In this document: piece after piece, positions 59,625 to 64,000 of the stretch | Position numbering within the stretch: the stretch's first letter is position 1 | How the letters are laid out: every line of letters begins with the position of its first letter | Assembly: GCA_018883125.1 (NCBI GenBank) | Contig: VEQR01000005.1 | Location: 689-64,688, forward strand | Direction of reading: 5' to 3' | DNA: 64,000 nucleotides | Origin: Candidatus Kapaibacterium sp. | GTDB lineage: Bacteria; Bacteroidota; Ignavibacteria; Kapaibacteriales; Kapaibacteriaceae | Translations under genes and position numbers: made by a program | The notes under the pieces: model-generated | What the model was told of the DNA's origin: nothing | Databases searched by the model: none | What the model saw: the letters and a program-made list of their open reading frames with translations, nothing else

Positions 59625-60478
59625 CGGACGATTAGCTTTTCTGAGGTGATAGTTGCACGCGCATTGCCATTGAGTTCTTCCAGAAGTGCCTCTGCCTCGT
59701 GGGCACTGAAGTTGCAGAACCACCGGTCGGCCTGCTCTTCGATGCTGGGGAGCCCCTTTCCTCGGCGGGTATCGGCGATGACCACCGTTGGGCTGCCCGT
59801 GTTCAGATGCAGTGACCCGAAGCACTCGTCAAGCGACGTCATTTCGTGACCATTCACATGCGTGGCGTTCCAGCCGAAGGCGCGGAACTTCTCGGCGAGG
59901 GGCTCCAGGGGCACCAGCTCCTCAGTGCGCACATTCGCCTGAAAATGATTGCGGTCCACCACGGCAATCAGGTTGTCAAGGCTCAGAGCCGAGGCCACTA
60001 GGCATGCCTCCCAGACGCTGCCTTCGTTGAGTTCTCCGTCACCCATGATCACCACCACACGTGTGGAGAGCCCCTTCATTCGGGCATCGAGTGCCATTCC
60101 CATGCCGACGCTCAGCAGATGTCCGAGCGAACCGGAGTGAAACTCCACGCCGCTTACATTGCGATTCGGGTGCCAGTACAGGTCGTCATCCACCGACAGG
60201 TGATGCTTGAGCCGCTCTTTGCTGATGAAGCCCCGTTCGGCCAGCACGCCATACAGAGCAGGTACGTCGTGACCCTTTGACAATAGGAGCAGGTCGCGGT
60301 CCTCGGCGTGGACGGTAAGGGGCGAAACATTCAGGAACTTCCAGTAGAGATATACCAGCAGATCTGCGCACGACAAGGACGCACCGATGAAGCAGCCACC
60401 GTCGGTGGACATGCCGATGATATGCTGGCGCACGCGTAGCGCGGCGCTCTCGAGCTCTTCAACCTCTGTTTGGGTCAT
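59621..60478 (-). CDS. Transketolase, N-terminal (thiamine-diphosphate-binding) subunit
   Basis: LSKGHDVPALYGVL..., GSLGHLLSVGMGMAL and MGDGELNEGSVWEA (TPP motif GDG...N). Confidence 0.85.
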   Translation of the reverse strand: MTQTEVEELESAALRVRQHIIGMSTDGGCFIGASLSCADLLVYLYWKFLNVSPLTVHAEDRDLLLLSKGHDVPALYGVLAERGFISKERLKHHLSVDDDLYWHPNRNVSGVEFHSGSLGHLLSVGMGMALDARMKGLSTRVVVIMGDGELNEGSVWEACLVASALSLDNLIAVVDRNHFQANVRTEELVPLEPLAEKFRAFGWNATHVNGHEMTSLDECFGSLHLNTGSPTVVIADTRRGKGLPSIEEQADRWFCNFSAHEAEALLEELNGNARATITSEKLIVR

Positions 60479-61266
60479 GAAGCGATCCTTGACTGTGATT
60501 GCAGATATGAATTGTACCAGCCCTGACCTCGCAGGTGCTGATTCACGTGGTCGATCTCCGGATGAGCTTCGAGGAAGGACAAGACCTGCTCGCAGGAAAA
60601 GCGCGGATTTCCATGGTAGAGCGCATCGTAGACCGCGCGAACCAAAACGTAATCTTCGGGATGATCAATCGTCCAGCGATGCCGTTCCTCCAGCTGACGT
60701 CCATCCGGACGAAGGACATTGAGGCTGTTGATGTTGGGATTCTTCTCCCATAGCCACGGCGTGGTGTGCTCACGTTCGTGGGGCTCGCGTGCAGACACCC
60801 ATGCACGTTGCAGGGCAAGCATCGTCATAACCTCAACATCATTCCCGTCAGGCCATGAACCGGGATGCAGATTACTGGCATAGTCCACAAACGGATAGTG
60901 CTTCAAGAACTCGTCGATCACCATGTCGATCACCATCGGATCAATCAGCGGGCAGTCGGTGGGAATCTTGACAACGACATCTGCTTCGGCCTCGCGTGCT
61001 GCATGAAAATGACGGTCCACAAGATCCGTAGGATGACCTCGGTAGACCTGGTAACCGGCGATCCGGCAGAGGTCAACGATCTCGTCATCGCGCTCCAATG
61101 TGGTTGTTGCAACGATCACATTTCGGGCATGGCGCGCCATGGTGACTCGCTCCAAGAAACGCATGAGAAGGGGCTCGCCAGCCAGCGGAAGCATGACCTT
61201 ACCGGCAAGCCGTGTAGAGCCCATACGTGCCTGACAAATGATCACAACCTTGGGTGAAAATCTCAT
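60475..61266 (-). CDS. SpsF/FlmC-type cytidylyltransferase (acylneuraminate cytidylyltransferase superfamily)
   Basis: VVIICQARMGSTRLAGKVMLPLAGEPLL is the typical N-terminus. ATGA overlaps occur at both ends. Confidence 0.8.
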   Translation of the reverse strand: MRFSPKVVIICQARMGSTRLAGKVMLPLAGEPLLMRFLERVTMARHARNVIVATTTLERDDEIVDLCRIAGYQVYRGHPTDLVDRHFHAAREAEADVVVKIPTDCPLIDPMVIDMVIDEFLKHYPFVDYASNLHPGSWPDGNDVEVMTMLALQRAWVSAREPHEREHTTPWLWEKNPNINSLNVLRPDGRQLEERHRWTIDHPEDYVLVRAVYDALYHGNPRFSCEQVLSFLEAHPEIDHVNQHLRGQGWYNSYLQSQSRIAS

Positions 61267-62273
61267 ACAGCCTCCCGTGATGGTGTGATGTGACGCACAG
61301 CAAGACGCAGTCGTCGCTCATGCAGGATCTCTCTGCATACCTGAGCGATGTTCTCTCCCGATCGACCACCATTCTGAACCGGACACATCCGTCGCAGTTC
61401 GTCCATGGAGAAGTCGCTGTAGACCTCTTTACCAAGAGCGATCCCTACGTACACGCAAGAAGAAAACTTCGTTACCAGCGCCTGGCAGTGCGCGATCATC
61501 GGATTGATATCGCAGCCATGATATACCAGTGCCTCGGGCGCCCAGCGATTGATCTCCCGTGTGGCGCGGCCTACAAGTTCATTTGGATGAAGCTTGAAGA
61601 TCACTTGGCGTCCATCAGCAATGCGCAGCGCATGCTCGATGGTCTTGCGCCGATCCTCGCGCTTAAAGGTCTCACGGGCATCACTTGTGGCTACCAGCAG
61701 ATAGTTGCGATGCTCAAACGAGATCTGCGTGTAGCGCTTACAATCATCAAAGTTGGGGATGCCCGTCACCCGCAGCTTGCGTCCATCAGCCCCTTTCCGT
61801 CGGAAATGCTCTGCATATCCCTCGGAGGCAACACACATTGTGTGATAGGCATTCGACAGACCAAAGGTGGATGTAGAGGCCAGATAACGCGGCAGACCGA
61901 GTGACAGCACCGCCTTGTGCATGATGGTCTCGGGATCGGTCATTCCCTCCTGCACCAGCACGATCGGCTTGCTCCGGATGTTCTGCTGCAGCATAAGATC
62001 GCTACACGTCACCACCAGGTCGTAGTCCAGCTGACCACCGTAATCGTCAATGCGGCATCCATGACGACGCAGCACTTCGCGTGCACGCTCACGGTGACGG
62101 TTGCCCACGATGGTCCACTCCAGCAGACCATGGCGTGCGGCGGCCTCCATAAGGCCATCGGCGTAGTGTGGCGCAAAGCGGCACTCGTGATCGACGAGAT
62201 GACGGGCGATCTCGACCATCATCGTCGTCTGATTTACCGAGCCGCAAATGAAGAGGATGTTACATCGTTGCAT
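61263..62273 (-). CDS. Hypothetical protein, possibly a GT-B-type glycosyl/ulosonyl or glycerophospho-transferase
   Basis: It is first in the coupled gene chain. The two-lobe Rossmann-like pattern and the FKLHPNE (HP) motif are reminiscent of TagF/sialyltransferase-type GT-B enzymes. The function call is weak. Confidence 0.5.
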   Translation of the reverse strand: MQRCNILFICGSVNQTTMMVEIARHLVDHECRFAPHYADGLMEAAARHGLLEWTIVGNRHRERAREVLRRHGCRIDDYGGQLDYDLVVTCSDLMLQQNIRSKPIVLVQEGMTDPETIMHKAVLSLGLPRYLASTSTFGLSNAYHTMCVASEGYAEHFRRKGADGRKLRVTGIPNFDDCKRYTQISFEHRNYLLVATSDARETFKREDRRKTIEHALRIADGRQVIFKLHPNELVGRATREINRWAPEALVYHGCDINPMIAHCQALVTKFSSCVYVGIALGKEVYSDFSMDELRRMCPVQNGGRSGENIAQVCREILHERRLRLAVRHITPSREAV

Positions 62274-62363
62274 TACGATGCAAACATCAACTTCTCGCGT
62301 TATGCAGGCGTTACGGCAAAATCAATCGTGCGCAACATTAGCCACGTTGTCGTAACAATGTCG

Positions 62364-63419
62364 TTACGGAGCTAACCACTCCGTACGATTCATCACCGAC
62401 GAATCGGTCAAAGCCTTCATGAAGGCCACAATGTCGGCCATCTCGGCATCCGTTAGGCCAAGCTTTCGGACGCGTTTATCCTTGTTGTTGAAAGGCGTGC
62501 CACCATCATTGTAATGTGCAACAACCTGTTCAAGGGTGGTAAGGGGCCCCTTATCGCTATCTCCTGAAGCCATATAGGGCGAGGTTAGCGCAACATTGCG
62601 AAGTGATGGCGTGCGGAAGAGTCCTTCATCGCGCGGGTCTTTGGTGACGTTAAACCGTCCACGATCGAAATAGTGATTGAACAGTCCCACATTCTGGAAC
62701 TGGTCATTCGTCAGATCCTGTCCACCATGGCAGGCACCGCACATGGTCTTTGCACTGAAGAAGAGCTGCATGCCCCGGCGTTCCTGATCGCTCAGGATGT
62801 TCTTCTCTCCCAGCAGATACCGATCGTAACGACTGTTAGCACTCACCAGCGTCCGCTCAAAACTTGCAATGGCCATCATCACCCGACGCATTGTTACGGC
62901 CGTGTCACCAAACGATGCCGCCCATGCATTACGATACACCTCGGAGCGCATCAGTGCAGCAACGGCAAACGTGTCGGCATCCATTTCTGTCGAACCAAGG
63001 AAAGCCATCATCGCCTGGTCTTCGAGCGAGGCGGCACGTCCGTCCCAGAAGAACGCATGGCGGTAGGCTATGTTCACAAGGCCCGGCGCATTGCGCTGAC
63101 CCAGTGCTGAATTGACGCCACGGCTGACCTGATTCGGAGCATCGCTGAAGGCCTTCTCCGGACGGTGACACGACGCACAGGAAACCGTGCCCGTGCTCGA
63201 TAGTCGCTTGTCGTAAAACAGACGGCGTCCGAGATCAACCTTTACCGGCGTGAGCGGATTATCCGAGGGCACCGGCACCTGTGACAGGTGAGCCGGAATG
63301 ATCGGAAAAGATGGTTCGGTGGGAACTACCGGATCGCTACCACATGCTGTTACGAGCAGATATAGCACCGCGAGCCCCATCAGGGGAGCGCGACGGCCTA
63401 TCATCGAGCCATGTGGCAT
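62364..63419 (-). CDS. Di-haem cytochrome c peroxidase (CCP/MauG family)
   Basis: Two CXXCH motifs are present (CASCH and CGACH). The context reads ...FSDAPNQVSRGV..NAPGLVN...FWDGRA. It has a signal/lipoprotein-like N-terminus. Confidence 0.9.
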   Translation of the reverse strand: MPHGSMIGRRAPLMGLAVLYLLVTACGSDPVVPTEPSFPIIPAHLSQVPVPSDNPLTPVKVDLGRRLFYDKRLSSTGTVSCASCHRPEKAFSDAPNQVSRGVNSALGQRNAPGLVNIAYRHAFFWDGRAASLEDQAMMAFLGSTEMDADTFAVAALMRSEVYRNAWAASFGDTAVTMRRVMMAIASFERTLVSANSRYDRYLLGEKNILSDQERRGMQLFFSAKTMCGACHGGQDLTNDQFQNVGLFNHYFDRGRFNVTKDPRDEGLFRTPSLRNVALTSPYMASGDSDKGPLTTLEQVVAHYNDGGTPFNNKDKRVRKLGLTDAEMADIVAFMKALTDSSVMNRTEWLAP

Positions 63420-63428
63420 AGCAATGTC

Positions 63429-64000
63429 CTATTGCATTTTGTCGAGAAACTCACGTGCCTCACGTCCACTCAAGCCCCGTGACTCGAGCTCTTCTACAGT
63501 GGGCAGAGACGTCAACATCGAACGCAGCGCCTCCAGTTCCAACCGGGAAAAGCGGCGGGCATGCAAGATGTAATCCTCAAAGGCCTCGTAGGCAAGGGGC
63601 ACCGCTGCCTTGACGATCTCAGCCATGGCCTCGCCAAAGACGCGGATCTCGTACTGAGCGTGTGGATCGATGCGAAGGCGCAGGAAATGGAACAGGTTGT
63701 GAAGATCCGTCTTCCAGTACCATTCCGTGTAGTTCGACACCGGCAGGTTAATACGGGCGATCTCACGGGCCAGATCCGTTGCCAGTAGATCCTGGTATTG
63801 TCCGTAGAGCATTTCCTGTGTCTGTTGCATCGAGGCGCGGATCTTCTCTGCCTCGTCGGCATCAAACGCCGTTTCGGCCCGGCCCTGCTTGTTCATAGCG
63901 CTCTGCGCCCGCACCTGATCGGGGTCCGGCACGTAGAACTCGTCCTTCATCTCCGAGTATCGTCCGGAGTACTCATTCACGTTGGCCGTGCGGTGGCGGA
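63429..64000 (-). CDS. thyX: FAD-dependent thymidylate synthase ThyX; the 5' end lies outside the window
   Basis: The frame stays open to the window edge and reads ...RHRTANVNEYSGRYS, which is the ThyX signature RHR...S.R. The ORF-track GTG at 63980 is therefore internal. Downstream: YTEWYWKTDLHNLFHFLRLR. Confidence 0.9.
   Translation of the reverse strand, partial: RHRTANVNEYSGRYSEMKDEFYVPDPDQVRAQSAMNKQGRAETAFDADEAEKIRASMQQTQEMLYGQYQDLLATDLAREIARINLPVSNYTEWYWKTDLHNLFHFLRLRIDPHAQYEIRVFGEAMAEIVKAAVPLAYEAFEDYILHARRFSRLELEALRSMLTSLPTVEELESRGLSGREAREFLDKMQ

Noticed and set aside
62351-62368. Inverted repeat CGTAAC-N6-GTTACG overlapping the cytochrome c peroxidase stop codon
   Set aside because: The stem is only 6 bp and no U-tract follows on the minus strand, which is insufficient for a terminator or operator call.
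1-64000. CRISPR arrays, IS elements, integrases, prophage genes, toxin-antitoxin pairs, tRNA/rRNA genes
   Set aside because: I saw no spaced direct repeats, no transposase, integrase, phage or TA-like ORFs in any frame of the track, and no cloverleaf-compatible sequences in the few intergenic gaps. This was visual inspection only, so short or degenerate elements could have been missed.

Overview
This is a densely coded, GC-rich 64-kb chromosomal segment. It most likely comes from an FCB-group (Bacteroidota-like) bacterium, because four large secreted proteins end in T9SS-type C-terminal sorting domains. Genes sit in long same-strand runs, and many junctions share overlapping stop and start codons (ATGA or TGATG). 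Most content is housekeeping: mpl (partial), recQ, purM, purN, metH, trmO, lipA, scpA/scpB, alr, an asparaginase, a HisC-family aminotransferase, hppD, a glutamate dehydrogenase, a NifS/IscS-type desulfurase, secA, a MacAB-like ABC exporter, a di-haem cytochrome c peroxidase and thyX (partial). There is one clear ncRNA, a bacterial type-A RNase P RNA at about 31387..31830. I found no tRNA, rRNA, CRISPR array, transposase, integrase or prophage signal. No clear-cut new system (for example defence-like) is demonstrable by eye; the items below are hypotheses that need HMM, structure and expression checks. (1) Two ancient paralogous giant T9SS cargo proteins (about 1520 and 1580 aa) flank a KpsF/KdsD-type arabinose-5-phosphate isomerase. 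They carry a NIDO-like N-terminal module and have no function I can name. (2) A translationally coupled minus-strand glycan cluster at 54034..62273 combines a SAF-less NeuB-like synthase, an SDR, a class-III aminotransferase, a split transketolase, an SpsF-type cytidylyltransferase and a GT-B-like protein. It matches no characterised ulosonic-acid pathway I can name. (3) A T9SS protein has three Ig-like domains behind an N-terminal module containing a literal CXXCH motif. (4) The glutamate dehydrogenase is animal-type (GLUD1-like) with an antenna-like insertion. (5) RecQ carries an insertion of about 180 aa plus a C-terminal HTH extension. Several ORF-track starts are upstream artefacts and were trimmed where a Shine-Dalgarno sequence, a signal peptide or a stop/start overlap supports a later start.
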